Assembly (NCBI GenBank): GCA_001642005.1
Contig: LWCA01000112.1
Coordinates: 1-53,423 of the forward strand
Reading direction: 5' to 3'
Origin: Intoshia linei
Taxonomy: Eukaryota > Animalia > Orthonectida
Length of the DNA: 53,423 bases
The position numbers and the translations under genes were made by a program. Shown piece by piece: positions 14,160-27,576 of this stretch; position 1 is the first letter of the stretch; each line of letters begins with the position of its first letter. Under the pieces are notes generated by a model. The model saw only the letters and a program-made list of their open reading frames with translations, was not told where the DNA came from and did not search any database.

Positions 14160-14552
14160 TTTAAAAGAAGAGTTCATTTTACAAAAACCTACTTAATTAA
14201 TTATTGAACAAATTTTACTTTTTCATTTGAAAATATGCACCATGCAGTCACAAAAAATTCTTGACAATTCTTCACAAATGTTGTTTTCTCACTTTTTTCT
14301 GAGAAAAATCAGATATGATATTATCAAAACTGATATCATTCTCAATTGATATTAAGGAGAGCGCATTCAAACTCGGTTGAGCTAAGCAATTTCGAAGTTC
14401 TTTCTTAATTATTTTTAGTTTAGAAAAAGTTCAAACTTCAATATTGTATTCTTAAGATATGAATGTGAAGTATTTTTTAATAAATTGGGGTCTCTTTTTA
14501 ATGAGAAGTCCTGGGCTACATCCCATATTGCCCATACCTTAAAACGGCTTTG
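14160..14552 (-). mobile_element. partial CAGAGCCGT-family hAT MITE
   Basis: Ends ...CCTTAAAACGGCTTTG. The internal sequence matches the 49915-50566 copy. Confidence 0.7.
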
Positions 14553-15046
14553 CCCATGTAGAGACAAATATAGCTACTATTTTAATTGTGAATTTTATCA
14601 GATTATTGAATTATTTCGGAAAGTAGGGATAAAATTTAAAAAGGCAAATTTCGTCAAATTTACTTTTAAATTATTTTTTGAATTTGATTATAACTCCAAA
14701 ATCTCCAGTTTTGACACCCATTAAGGTTACATATTTGAATAGTTCAATATATGAGGGAGTATTTAAAAAAATTTGTTGCATCATAAGTATATTTTTTCAC
14801 TGTTAGGTGTTCTACCATAGAATTCACTCCTAAAGAGCAACCTTTCCACTTCTATTAAAAAAATTTATTTATACTATTTCTCAGATTCTTTACGGAGTGA
14901 AGTAACGACAGTACCATAAATACTTTCAAATGCCTACAAAAATTAGATCGGTTAAATGCATTGACGGTAAATTAGATAATGACACCGTTAATCGACTTGA
15001 AATTAATAATAATCATAAAAAATAATATAATAATAATAAATTTCAN

Positions 15047-15870
15047 AACAGGATACAACTGTGACACCTGTAAATTTTTTTAAATTCTAGGGCTGTTTTC
15101 ATCAAAAAAAAGGGTAATTTGTGGTTATGGTCCTGAAGATATATATTTTTTTAAATTTAAATTTATTATAATATTTATGATTTTAAAATCCGTATCAGAG
15201 TATATTTTTTTAAATTCTCGAACTCATTTGATTTTTAAAAAAAAGGACAATTGGGCTTTTTGACCAGTAAGATGTAAGTTTGGAAGTTTGGAATTCATTT
15301 TACTAACACTCCCGAAAAAACTGTAATTGAAATGTGGACTTTATAAAATTCTAAGACTGGTAGTTATTTCAATAAGCGATAACACACACAGACAAACAAA
15401 GCATATTATATAATACAGTACTTTAGTAACTTTTGTAAAGCTTTTTTAACCGTGAAAGCTCGACGTTTTGACATTAAAATTTTTATGTGTGTTAATTGGA
15501 AAAGTATCAACAGTAAGTAGGTGTAAATTAGTTTTTTTTTAAATTCCGGGGCTTAGTTTTTCTTAATTTTTTTAAATAATAAGTAATTTTTGGTTTGGCC
15601 GTGAGGATGTAAATTTTTAAAACTGAAATTTATTAGATGTAAAATCAGCAAAGATGTATATATTTGTTTTAAATTATACTACTCGTTTGATTTTTAAAAA
15701 TAGTATAATTGGGGTATTGGACCCTGAAGGTGTAACCATGTAAATCTAAAATTAATCTATTTTTCTGCGGCGGAAAAAAGTAACTGTGAATTTTTTTTTT
15801 TGAATTTTCTGGGTCCGTGAGTTTTCTAAATAAATGGTTACACACACAGACCGGTTATATCATCTATTAT
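15047..15870 (-). repeat. two tandem family A Helitron-like copies (one well conserved, one diverged) after an N join
   Basis: Both show the family A body and the (AC)n tail. Single N at 15046. Confidence 0.65.
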
Positions 15871-16033
15871 TTTATAAAAGTAAACACGTATTTATTTTTT
15901 ACATTTTTACCGTGAAGTATTTCACCCATACTTTAATTCATATTTTATACTTTATAAACATAAATATTGTTTATTCTAAAAATAAAAAATACTGTTTATA
16001 AATTTCGGTTGCTAAAACAAATAGTTTAATAAA

Positions 16034-19000
16034 ATGAAAAGCCCAGATGACAAAACTGTTAAATCTGTTTTTCTAAACAATATAGACAGCTATCATGGGA
16101 AAAATATATCAAAGGTTAATTTAAACATAATTTTAAGTAATTGATCAAAAATTTTTTGAAAAATGCATTATTAATGAGAAATCAAATTGTGCAACTTTTT
16201 TTACATTTAAGACTGACTAAAATGTAATTTGTGCATTATACAATGTATTTATATTTAGAATTTTGGTAATACAGTGATTGGTTCTACATTGCTAGAACAG
16301 GATGAAGATAATGAAGAAATAATGAGTGAAGGTAGTGACGGAGTGGTGAATGCATCGAAAGAAGGATGTTGGAATACCATTGGAACCATCAAATGTGAAG
16401 ACGAGAATAAAAAAAAAGTACTGGAAAAGGAAATGACATGGGTTAAAACAATTTTAAATAAAAAAACTCGGGAAGAGCTCTATGAATATATAATTGAGTG
16501 TGATGTAATTATATATGATATTAGCATCGATTCAAGTGAAATTGATGAAGCTATGTGGGTATTATCAGGTTAGTTTTAATAAATTAATACAAATTTAATT
16601 TAGGAAATTATAAAATAATAAATTTGTAATTTAGAGTTAAGTTCAGATATAGAGAGATTTGAAAAAGCCAAAATTTTTATTTTACTTTCAAATGTTATGA
16701 CTTGGGCTAAAACCAAACCATTGGATCCGGTAATTTTTAATATAAAAAACTAGTTTTATGTGTAATTGATTGATGATATTTAGGATAGATTATATAAAAG
16801 ACCTTACGGTAGTGGTTCTCGACTATTTTGCGACATGTCAACTTTTTTAAAATTTAAAATTTCAAGTTTTTTTTAAATGCCGCGAAATTTCAGAAAATTG
16901 TAGTTATTTACGGTATATATAGTAAAAATGCGCTAAATCTAAACCTTTTATGGTTAAATAGTTGTACAAATGTATATGATTAATCTTGTCATTCAGGAAG
17001 AGAGACCACTAACTATGGACTACTAACCTATGGAACAATGATTAATGTTTATTTATAGGAAGACGTTGAAATGGCTTTTACAGAAGAAGATTATAGACGA
17101 AGAAAAGCACATCCAAATTTTCGGGAAAATATTACAGCTGAAAAAAATACAATTAAAATTGGAAAAACTGTAATTTAACAAATTCTCATTATTTATGTTG
17201 ATTCTATTGTACATTTTATTAAAAGTCAACTTTAAGATAAAATCAAAATTGTATGCGTACGTTGTGAACGCCGGAATGTGCTATGGAGAAGAAGAACAAT
17301 TATTTCACTATTTATTTAAGGTGCATTAATTATATACGGACGTTTACTTAACTCCAAACATTTTTACTAAAAATCTAAATTTATCAACCCTTGAATTAAA
17401 AATCCAGTTTTACCAACCCTAAAAAGAATAATCAAATTTACCGAATTGCAGTGTATCTCATAAAAACTAAAATACAAATTACTTATTGAATTGAAAAAGT
17501 TTAAATTTTATGTATTTTACATACTGTCACTGGTCACTGGTCACTGTCACAGGTCACTGTGAATTTATATACAATGTATATTATACATACTAGTTGATTT
17601 TATTTAGTTAGTTATTTATTTGGTTATATAATTATCATTTTTTATTTTAAATTTAGTCAGCATGGAGTAATGAAGAATATGTTGAAATCTATGGTTCAGG
17701 TGAAAACGTTATACCAACTATTCATATCAAAGATTTATCATCGTAATGCATATTATGTTAATCAATTTAGACCGGGACCATTTTTTTGAATGAATCATAA
17801 CTAAAATTTTTTTAGAAAATATTTATTGTCTTAAACCATTATATTTTTATTTTTATGTGAATCGGTAATTAAACTAAGAAGTTAGGTGATGTGCCCATAT
17901 GGTCACACTTGGGTTAAATGACTACAAAATTTGTAACATTTATATAAATACAGTATTCTCTTTATAACTCGTCATTCTTGAAATTTAGAAAAAGTTGGCG
18001 AGATAGATAATTAAAAATTATAGAAACAGCAGATAAAATTTTTAAAATATAAATTAAATGTTAAATTGCAATAAAATGTAAATTGTAATACAAATTGTAA
18101 AATTTAACATTTAGTTTATATTTTAAATTAATCGGGGAGTTAGAGAATTGGCGTGTTGTGGAGAGAATACTGTATATGTAATTAAATTTTCTCGTGTACA
18201 TAATACGACACAAAAAATGGAATATAATAAGGAACGCGCATTTATCAATTAAAAATATACTAGTATAGCTAGTTTATGGTCTACTCTAGAATCTAAGGCA
18301 GTGTTTCCCAACTAGTGCGCCAGCCATAAAATTATAAACCAGCTATAAACCATATAACAAAGGATCAGTTACATCAGATTTTTTTGTTTTTGTATAGAAA
18401 TAACTTTTCTTAACTTTGCAGCTTTTCCTTACAAAATCTTATATTATGATAAACTATTTCAGTAAGTACCCCAAAAATATACAATTTAGCAATAATGTAA
18501 AGATAATTTTCTTTAAACAACTTGGAATCTGGTGAATTTGATAAATACAATATACATTGTGGTATACATCTTGTATGTGATAATTTTCAACATTGATACA
18601 GAATACACAAAACGGCTACACTTGAAGTTTTTAAATATAAAATAAAAATGGAATCCATTAAAATTTAAAATTGAATTTAATACAATTTAATTTAATGAAT
18701 CAATTATTCACTAAATATTTTTAATATTCGATTTTATATCTATGGCTAGTATATAAAAGTTATATAAATTAGATTTTTTATTTTGTAGTTGGAATAAGAG
18801 GTTTTTTTTCATAAGATTTGGTAAAATCGGATTTTTCAAAAAAAATATAGAAAAAAGGGATTTTCCCTTAAGGGTTAATAAAATTGGATTTTTATATTGG
18901 GGTTTTATATTGAGCTGTTTTTATTAAAAAAAGAAGGGTAATTTGGGGTTTTGGCCCTGAAGAAATAATTTTTTTAAATTTAAATTTATGATAATGTTTA

Positions 19001-22000
19001 TGATTTTAAAATCCGCATCAGCGTATATATTTTTTTAAATTCTCCAACTCGTTTGATTTTCAAAAAGAGGGACAACTGGGGTTTTGACTAGTGATTGTGA
19101 TTTCACGGGAAAAATAGAAAATTTTTATTCATATATAATAGGGGCTCACAAACTCATTTCACCTACTGCCCCCTTTTTAGCAATATATTTTCTCAACGCC
19201 CCCTAAAAAATTTTTCCACTACGTCGTATATATATTTAAAAATTTACTTATTATTCAATATTTAATAATTAAAAAAAAATATATTTTTTACTTTCAATTT
19301 TTATATCAGTGGATCCCAAACTTGCTATCAAAATATAATAAAAGATATCGTCCACTTTGGGAACCCCTGATATATAATATACAGAATATGTAAAAGCATT
19401 CAAAATTTTAGAGATCTCAATTAATTTTAGAAACAAAAAAAAATATATATATTTTAGTTTGTTGAAAAAGTGTTTCAAAACACACATAATATTGATAGAT
19501 TCGTCTTGTGTTCTACGTTTTGTAACGAAATGAGAAACAGTAGAGGAATTTCTTTCATTTTGTGTTGACGTAGGTTGAACGGTCATAAGGGCTTACTTTA
19601 ATTTTAACAATCTTGATGATAGCGTCTCAATTCGTAACAACTCATGATATTTTTTAAAATAATATTGGACAAAGAGGATAATTCCCTGAACTGTTAGTAA
19701 TTTGTGGTTGGAATAAGAGATTTTTAAAAAAAGTATTGGAAAAAGGATATTTTTCCATTAAGGGCTGGAAATTAGATTTTTTATTTGTGGTTTGATGAAG
19801 TGGATTTTTTTCATAAGATTTCGTAAAATCGGATTTTTGAAAAGAATATCGGTGTAAGACAATTTTTCCATAAGGATTTGAAATGGTATTTTTGATTAAA
19901 TTTTATTAGTGGCAGTATTTTTGAAATGGTAAATTTTAATTATTATAATATAATCATATTTTCATAGTAATAACAAACATAAATCAAATACAGGTATGTC
20001 TCAATTTTTTTCGGAAAATCCCGGAAAACTTAATTCCCGGAAATTATTAAATATCCCGGGAATTTTGTCCCGGCACAATCACTAGTTTTGACCCGTAAAA
20101 TATGAAATTAGGAGGTTAAAATTTATGTTATTATACGTTTCGGAAAGAACTGTAATTAAGATGTGGTCTTTAAAAAATTTTAAGAGTGCTACAGTGTGTA
20201 CCATTTAAAACAGTGCACTTGAAAATAAGAAGTTTATCAAAAAACATTTTGACTGTAACAATTAAATTTGCCCAATAATAAAATTATTTGGATATTTATC
20301 TTAAGTATTTAGGAAAAAGTTAAAAACTTACAATTATTTAATTTACAATAAATGTTCAAAATGACTACCATCAGATTGGATATATAAATCAATGCGTTTA
20401 AGGAAATTGTTGTAAACATTAGATACTTCTTGAGTGCTAATTGAGTTAATACTGTTAATGATATTGGTTTTTACGGATTCTATATTTGAAGGGGAATTTT
20501 TATAAATTTTAGATTTTATTGTTCCCCACAAATAAAAATCACATGGCGTTAGATCAGGAGACTTTGGAGACCATATACTTTTTGATATTATTTTTTCGTC
20601 GAATTTTTGATTTAACTAATTCATGGATATAAATGAAGTATGGCATGTTTTAAACTCGATTAATAGCTAGACAAGAAATATTCTTTCACTCGTGGTTAAC
20701 ATTTCAAAAAATTAATATGAACTTGTTTTTATACAGTTGATTTGTTATTTATTTCGTCAGTGCACTCATAATATGAAATGATTTAACAAGTGCACTGTTT
20801 TAAACGGTACACCCTGTAGTTATTTCATTAAAGTCAGACACACACACAAACAAAAATCGCGTAGCCTTTTATATAAGTTAGGATAAATTATGAGAAAAAA
20901 TATTTAAGACTTTTTTTATTTAAAATAATGGAAATTTTTAAATTTTAAATTTTTGGGACTGTCAGTTTTCTCAATAAATGGTCACACCCATATTTTTAGC
21001 AACTGCTACTTTATATAAGTAAGGATACAACCATAATAACAATATAATACATATTAGAGTGCTGATAAATATTTGTGATATGAAACCGAAAAATAAATAT
21101 ATTGTAGCTGTAGATGAATCAAATGTCACTTTAGAAGAAATTGTTAGAGTAATTTATTAATTTAATTTAGCGTCCTCAACTTTGTAAAAAGGAAATATTT
21201 TATAAAATTCAAAATTTCAAATTTTAAAAGTGAAAAAAAGATTTTTCATTTTTATCTAAATACTTTTGTGTATGGATGGGACATGTATAACTATTTCATT
21301 TTACAATCCTTACTTATACATATGTATAAAGTACAATGATTAAAAAGTATGTCTGTTTAATTGTTCCAGTTTATTTAAGACTGTAAGAGGAGTCGGGTTT
21401 TACAAGTTCCATATTCTTATAACAGTTTTTCCAGAGTGATTTTTTATCGCAAATTTCAATTTTAGAAATTTAGTCCTTCAAGGTAAAACCCCAATTGTCC
21501 TTTGTTTATAAATTCAAACCCGTCCTAGAATTATACAAAATACATATTCTAATAAAAAGTTTTAAATTCATCAATATTATGATAATTTTCAATTTCAAAA
21601 TCTTCTATCTTAACGGCCAAAATCACAAATGTTCTTTTTTGTAAAAATTAAGAAAATCTTATAATTTTATACAACATAAATTCTTGAATGATTTTTAAAT
21701 TCATAAGTATTATCATAAATGGTAACTCTAAAAAGGTAATTTTCACGGTTAAAAATCGAGAGTATTCTTTATTTAAAAATGAAAACGTTATAAATAAAAT
21801 TTAAGTCTCAGATGTTGTAATTATTAATTCTTAATATATAATTAAAAAATAAAGTAAATTATAGACTGTTTCCAAAAATTTGGGAAATGGTTCAGTAAAA
21901 AAAATCAACAAAGAAGAAGCTCTATTAATGAAATCATTAAAGGTAATTTAAAATGTTTTATATTATATTTCATATCGCCCTATGGGCGATACCCATTTGA

Positions 22001-25000
22001 AACTATAAACTCGAAATTTGAGATGGATTGATAAGTTTATGTAATACATAATATACATGTAGGATCTATTAAGGGTAATAATTATTACCATATAATAATA
22101 TATAATTAGTATTATTATTATTATAATAGTAACTGATTAAAAAAAATTCTAAAAAACACAGAAAATTTTATTATGTTGACATCAGTGATATGTGATACAT
22201 GCATAACAATATAAATTATTTAAAATACATATATAATACAATATATATACAATTATAATTACAGCAAGCCGATTATGATCAATTGTTAATTAACTGCAGA
22301 ATCGATGCTTCCTATATAAATGAAAATATGCAAATAAGATGGCATTGTGACACCGGAATAGTAGAAAATATTGAAAAAGTAGTAAAAGAATATAGAAATT
22401 CAAGGGATTTATTGGTTTTTGTTTTTAATATAAATGGTGAATGAGCAATATTGATATTAATAAATAAATAATAATTGAATAATTTTTATATTTTCATTAT
22501 TCAAATTCACTGGTTGAATCAATGTTCGTAACACTGCTCCTAAAACTATTGAATGGGGGTAAAAATTAAAAAATATCATTTAATATTTCGGTTAGTAAGG
22601 GTAGTTCCATATAAAGTATCCATCGCATTCATCAACGATTAAACCTTATATCCTTAATTATATAAAATTAAATAATTTTTATAGCCAATAAGAGTATATA
22701 TAAATGGTCCACCTTCATCTGGAAAAACGTCAATAACAGAAAAATTGTGCGAACATTACAAGATACACCATATAAAAATAAAAGATGTGATTCTGGAAAC
22801 AATAGATAATTTGGTAATACAATAAATTAATAATAATTCACATATTTAATAATGCATAACTAATACATTTTATTATACAATTTTATATTTATAACTATCT
22901 TATAGTTATTATCTATCAGAATACAAACATAATATAACATGTAGAATATTATTAAGTAACGCTAAAATATATTATATATATATTTATTTTTCCAGAAATT
23001 AAGTGCAGCAAGATTGGAAAAAGTAGATAATGATGAAGATCCAGATCAAGACACTAGAGCTCAAGAAGATTCCGATTTATTGGAATCCGCATTAGCCAAC
23101 ATGGATGATAATAACGGAAGATTGGACGATTCATTCGTGATACAATTTTTAAAAAGAAAGTTGAAATCAGCTCCCTGTCAAAATCAAGGGTTTATTTTGG
23201 ATGGATATCCAAAAATAATTTCTCAATCCAAATCATTATTCGAACGTAATTAATTAATCAATTTTTAAAATAATGTAATGATAATTATAAAATTTAATAT
23301 AGAATTTTAGCTGATGACAGCGATGTGGAAGAAGAACAGGGACGAAAGGGCAATATATCTTATGACGAATCAATTATGGCACAACATATTTTTTGTTTGG
23401 AATCTCAGGATAATTTTTTACGTGAACGTATTATGAATTTACCAGAAACTGTTGTAGCTGGTTCTCATAATACAGAAGCTGGTTTTACGAGAAGACTTTT
23501 GCAATACAAACAAACAAATACCGATGAAGATACAATTTTCAACTATTTCGATGAAATTGAACTCCATGCATCAACATTTGGTATTAAATATTCATTTACA
23601 GCACGTTTTCTAAACTATTTTGACTTGTGACTACGAATATATATTTGCAGGGTTATCAAATTTACTGAAATTGAAAAATCGGTTTTTCGGTTTACTGTAG
23701 ATTCGACAAACCGTTAAACTCGTTTTATTGCAACGTTGAATGTCCATGGTAACTCAATTTAATTGCATAACGACGTTTAAAACATTTTAAACCAGAGAAT
23801 CTTTGTCAGAGATTAATAAATATACTTTACAAACACGCAAGCATACGGGAATTTTTAATTTTATAATATTTCACCAATTTACTGTTTCTTTATTTTCCAT
23901 TAAATCGAAATCACGCAAAACAATGAAAATGGTAGTTAAATGTAGATGAAAACTGTTGTAAAATAGTCTGAAAATAAGTAGTGAACCAATCGTATAGAAA
24001 CAAAAAATAAAAAAATTGGTTGAAGATATTGTCAAATATATAAAAATAGAGAAGAATAATTTAAAAACATTATTTTCATTCAATTTTTAAAAAAAACAGT
24101 GCATCAAGCATTTTAGGATTGAGTCGATTTCTCATTGAGGAAGAACTTAATCTACAGTAGTATTAATTTTTTCAACGTTGAAGTAATTACTCCTCCACTT
24201 TCCAAAAGAGTACAATCATTACTATTTAATTGGGGAACCGATAATTAAAATGGTTTTAAAATATTAATTAATTAAGTTTTGTGTTTATTAAAAAATTTAT
24301 GGGAAAATCGGTTTTTCGAATATTTTATTTCAGTTAACCGGTTTGACAACACTACTTGTGACTCACAAGTCATGTAACCAAGTTAAAATTTTCCGTTTAA
24401 TAAATTTTTGATTCTATAGTTAATGAAATGGAGTTGTATTGGACCAGAGCGCTAAAATTTATAAAAATGGAGATGTCTTGAAAACTATATAATAAAAACT
24501 ATTTATACCATGTTGATTGCGTTAATGTTAATATTTAGATGTAAGTAAAGACGAATCAATAAATAATCAACTAACAATAGACAAAATGATCAAAATAATT
24601 GGAAAATGTAAAAATTATGGACTTACATTGGAAGAACTAGAAAAGCTACGATTAGAGGAAATGGATAAACTACGTATCCAAAAAGCAGAACAAGAAGCTG
24701 AAATGGAAAGAATAGAATTTGACGAAAATGAAAAACGTGCAAAAAACCAAAAAGAATGGGTAAAAAATATAATTAAACTGAAAAATAACCATAAATATTA
24801 ATTATTTTCAATCAGGCTAAATTGCTCAAAGATGTACGCAGAGAAGAGTATGAATTATTGGAACAAAGATCTCTCCCTCTAAGAAATTATTTAATGGAAA
24901 ATGTTATGCCCACATTACTTCAAGCAATGAGAGCTTGCTCTGAAGTTAGACCTGATGATCCAATTGACTATGTGGTATTTTATCAAATCTTTATATTTTT

Positions 25001-25054
25001 ACACATTGATATTAGGCAGAATATTTATTTCAAAACAACCCAGAAGCAGATTAA
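16034..25054 (+). CDS. AK7: adenylate kinase 7 (ciliary; NAD-binding-like N-terminus, AK domain, C-terminal Dpy-30 motif), ~15 exons
   Basis: [27 protein letters not shown]; [18 protein letters not shown]; [15 protein letters not shown]; IPTIHIKDL; P-loop GPPSSGKT (22706); [16 protein letters not shown]; [17 protein letters not shown]; [16 protein letters not shown]...[21 protein letters not shown] (TAA ends 25054). Introns checked are GT-AG with consistent phases. Confidence 0.95.
19089..20084 (+). mobile_element. hAT MITE, TAGTGATTGTG family
   Basis: 11-bp TIR TAGTGATTGTG/CACAATCACTA and a perfect 8-bp TSD GTTTTGAC (19081-88 and 20085-92). Confidence 0.92.
19139..19369. mobile_element. Buster/Charlie-type hAT MITE nested inside the 19089 MITE
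   Basis: Imperfect TIR TAGGGGCTCACAAA / TTTGGGAACCCCTG and a perfect TSD ATATATAA (19131-38, 19370-77). Absent from the sister copy at 31073. Confidence 0.88.
20192..20816 (-). mobile_element. internally deleted Tc1/mariner transposon with transposase C-terminus
   Basis: About 30-bp TIRs CAGTGTGTACCATTTAAAACAGTGCACTTG / CAAGTGCACTGTTTTAAACGGTACACCCTG flanked by TA. Encodes [24 protein letters not shown]...DGSHFEHLL* (about 20574-20343), the SPDL(N/T)P-D..WG motif. Confidence 0.93.
21307..21800 (+). repeat. diverged family A Helitron-like copy
   Basis: A|TCCTTACTTATA 5' end and a degenerate family A body. Confidence 0.55.
23632..24354 (-). mobile_element. internally deleted hAT element in an AK7 intron
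   Basis: TSD CTTGTGAC (23624-31, 24355-62). Right TIR TTTGACAACACTA; left TIR TA[16-bp insert]GGGTTATCAAA. The minus strand retains [17 protein letters not shown] (24135-24085), typical of the hAT dimerization-domain end. Confidence 0.8.
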
Positions 25055-25110
25055 TTTTAATGAAAATTTTCTACATTATACATAATAAATATTAATTCAA
25101 TAAATTAATC

Positions 25111-27576
25111 TCAATGTTTACCGATTCGATATAAAATAATCTGCAAACCATCATCGTGTACAGACTGAAAGTTCCCATTTTTGCGGCCAACAATAATTAG
25201 TGTTTCGTCGTTGGCAGATAAAATTGCCGATATAACATGGAGAGAAGTTGTTTGCTTTAATATTAATATTCCCTTAGGCAAGTACCACAGATATATTTGA
25301 TTGTGGTTGTGAATTGTTACACAAAATGTTGCGTCGTGTGAAATACATGCGCTATTAACCTAAATATACATTGATTAGATTTTATCTGCAACATGTACGA
25401 ACGGTTACGTACGGGTAAAATATATTTAAAATATTGACCGTTTAAATTCTTGGGTGAGCCTAGTTAATAACAGCCATTTGCGAAACAAAAAATAAAGAAA
25501 CAGAAAAATAAAATAAATAATAATATTTTAACTTTTAAAATTTTAAAATATAAAGCGCAATGGGATATAGGACACTACGAATCATTAGCGTAATTTTTTT
25601 GCCGTTTTTCATTTTCGGAAGACCTCGAGCGTTATCAGTTCGGCTCTGGTTGATTGTATAAATAAAGTACCTCAATTTTGCTATCGAATAGATAAATAAA
25701 CTTGATGCCATCATTGACAATTTTATAAATAGAAATAATACCACCCTTAGTTGCAATTAAAACAAGTTGATGAGAATAATTGTGACATATAGTGGACAAA
25801 ACAATTCCTTTAGAATCCCTAGCACTTTCAGTAACCTCCGTTAAAGGTCGATTAAACAATTGACAACACTTGGTTGATGTAATTAAATAATTAACAATCT
25901 GTAAATTTGAATTAAAACACAAAAGAAATGACTTGTGCATAAAAGGAAATTGAATACAAGAAGACAAATTCCTGCAACAATCAATTTTCAAAACATTTAA
26001 AATATTTTCGTTAAGCAAATCAATAATATAAACAGTTTCACACTCATCAATTTGAGAATATTTCAAAATAACAGAATCCAAATGTTTAACAAAGTCCACT
26101 CTACAAGATTGTTTCATTTGATCAAGATTATAGTAATTATTGAAATGAATATTGATGGTAAAATTTTTAATTTTTTGCAAGTTTAATAGCGCATCAACTT
26201 TATAAATAAATAAAACAATAAAATATTGAGATTTTGTGGTTTGGTTAAACTCGACCGAAACAATGGAATTTTCTTTGGTATCAATACAATCTGCAAACAT
26301 AGGATAAAAATCAAAAGCAATATTTTTGAAATTTTCAATTTCATAAATACTTAAAACGTGACTATTAAACTCGGCATTAAATTTCAACCCACAAATCAAC
26401 AAGTCGTTATAAAGAAAAATCAACTGTTTATCAAAAGTAATATTTGAATCGTCTGCAATGTAATATTTTCCATCTAGCAAATTCCACAGGGTTGTTGGTC
26501 CATTATGACTTGAACAAATGACAATATTTCGTTTTTCACTCAACACGTAACATGAAAATTTGATATTATTAACATGGTCATCAATTTGTTGATCGATATC
26601 AAAAGTTTGGTACTTTTTAAAATTGACGTTATTTTGGTTAAAAGTATTACGAGCTACATTTCGCATCATTTTTCGACGTTGGGAAAAACTTTGACGGCTT
26701 TCTCTAGGCTGAGAACATGATCTAATGTAACTGTGTGATTCTCGTTTTGCAGCAAATTTCGAAATGTTTGATTTTGATTTTTGACGAGATATTGTGTAAA
26801 AATTTGCTTGTCTTCTTGATACGTTAGATTTAGGGTTAATGTTTGTAAAATATGAATTTTTTTTTCTTGTAGTTATACCAGAATAACTATTGTCCATGTT
26901 TCTTTGGTTCAACGTGTAATCTAATCCGTCATCCATTCCGTATAATGAATTGCTAGTTTCACTATCAGAGAAGGACAATTTTGAGGGTGAATTTTTACAT
27001 TCATATCTGAAATCATAAATTATTTCTTCTTCTTTATTTGATTTATTTTCATTTTTAAATGGCACGCTAGTCAGCGACACTGGGCATATATTTGGTACGT
27101 TACAGTTTATGTTAATTTTTGATGAGTATACCAATTTATGATTTGAATAGTTATTTTCATCTATACGTATATTTTGTTCTTCCTTGTTTTTATACTTTAC
27201 TTTTGAATGTGTCACGTAGTTTTCATTTAAATCCTTTTTCAAACACTGTGATTCATCAGTTTCCGTTTTTAGTTTGCCATCTTTATAAAAACTCATTTTT
27301 TGCTTTGATTTTGATTCATTTTTTTCCAGTTTCCTTTCCAATAGATTTGAATGGATTATATCATCATTGTTACTTTTATTGATGCAGCTTTTTGAGTCTT
27401 TTTGAATTTCGTTTATTTCATCTGATTTTATCAAAAATATCGATTCAGTGTTTGTTCCACACGTTTTGTCTTTTTCGGTTTGCGTCTGAAGTGATATTGC
27501 TTTATTTCGATTGTATTTGTCTCCTGTACATATACACCAGCCAGGTAAACAGAATATACAACACCAATTGGAATAT
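25111..27576 (-). CDS. cytoplasmic portion: Cys-rich juxtamembrane segment, low-complexity linker, WD40/beta-propeller-like C-terminus
   Basis: Continuous 1906-nt exon 27576-25671 (contains ORF 25635..27434), a GAG|GTAC donor, then last exon 25359-25111. WD-like blades: VICSSHNGPTTLWNLLDG, VLIATKGGIISIYKI and VNSACISHDATFCVTIHNHNQIYLWYLPKG. Confidence 0.75.

Larger units (their letters stand above)
18910..20883 (-). mobile_element. family A Helitron-like copy interrupted by two insertions
   Basis: The family A sequence resumes exactly after the 19089-20084 MITE (GTTTTGAC duplicated) and after the 20192-20816 Tc1 (TA duplicated). Confidence 0.8.

Noticed and set aside
17523-17560. Short GTCACTG tandem repeat
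   Set aside because: Ordinary 6-7 bp microsatellite in an intron.
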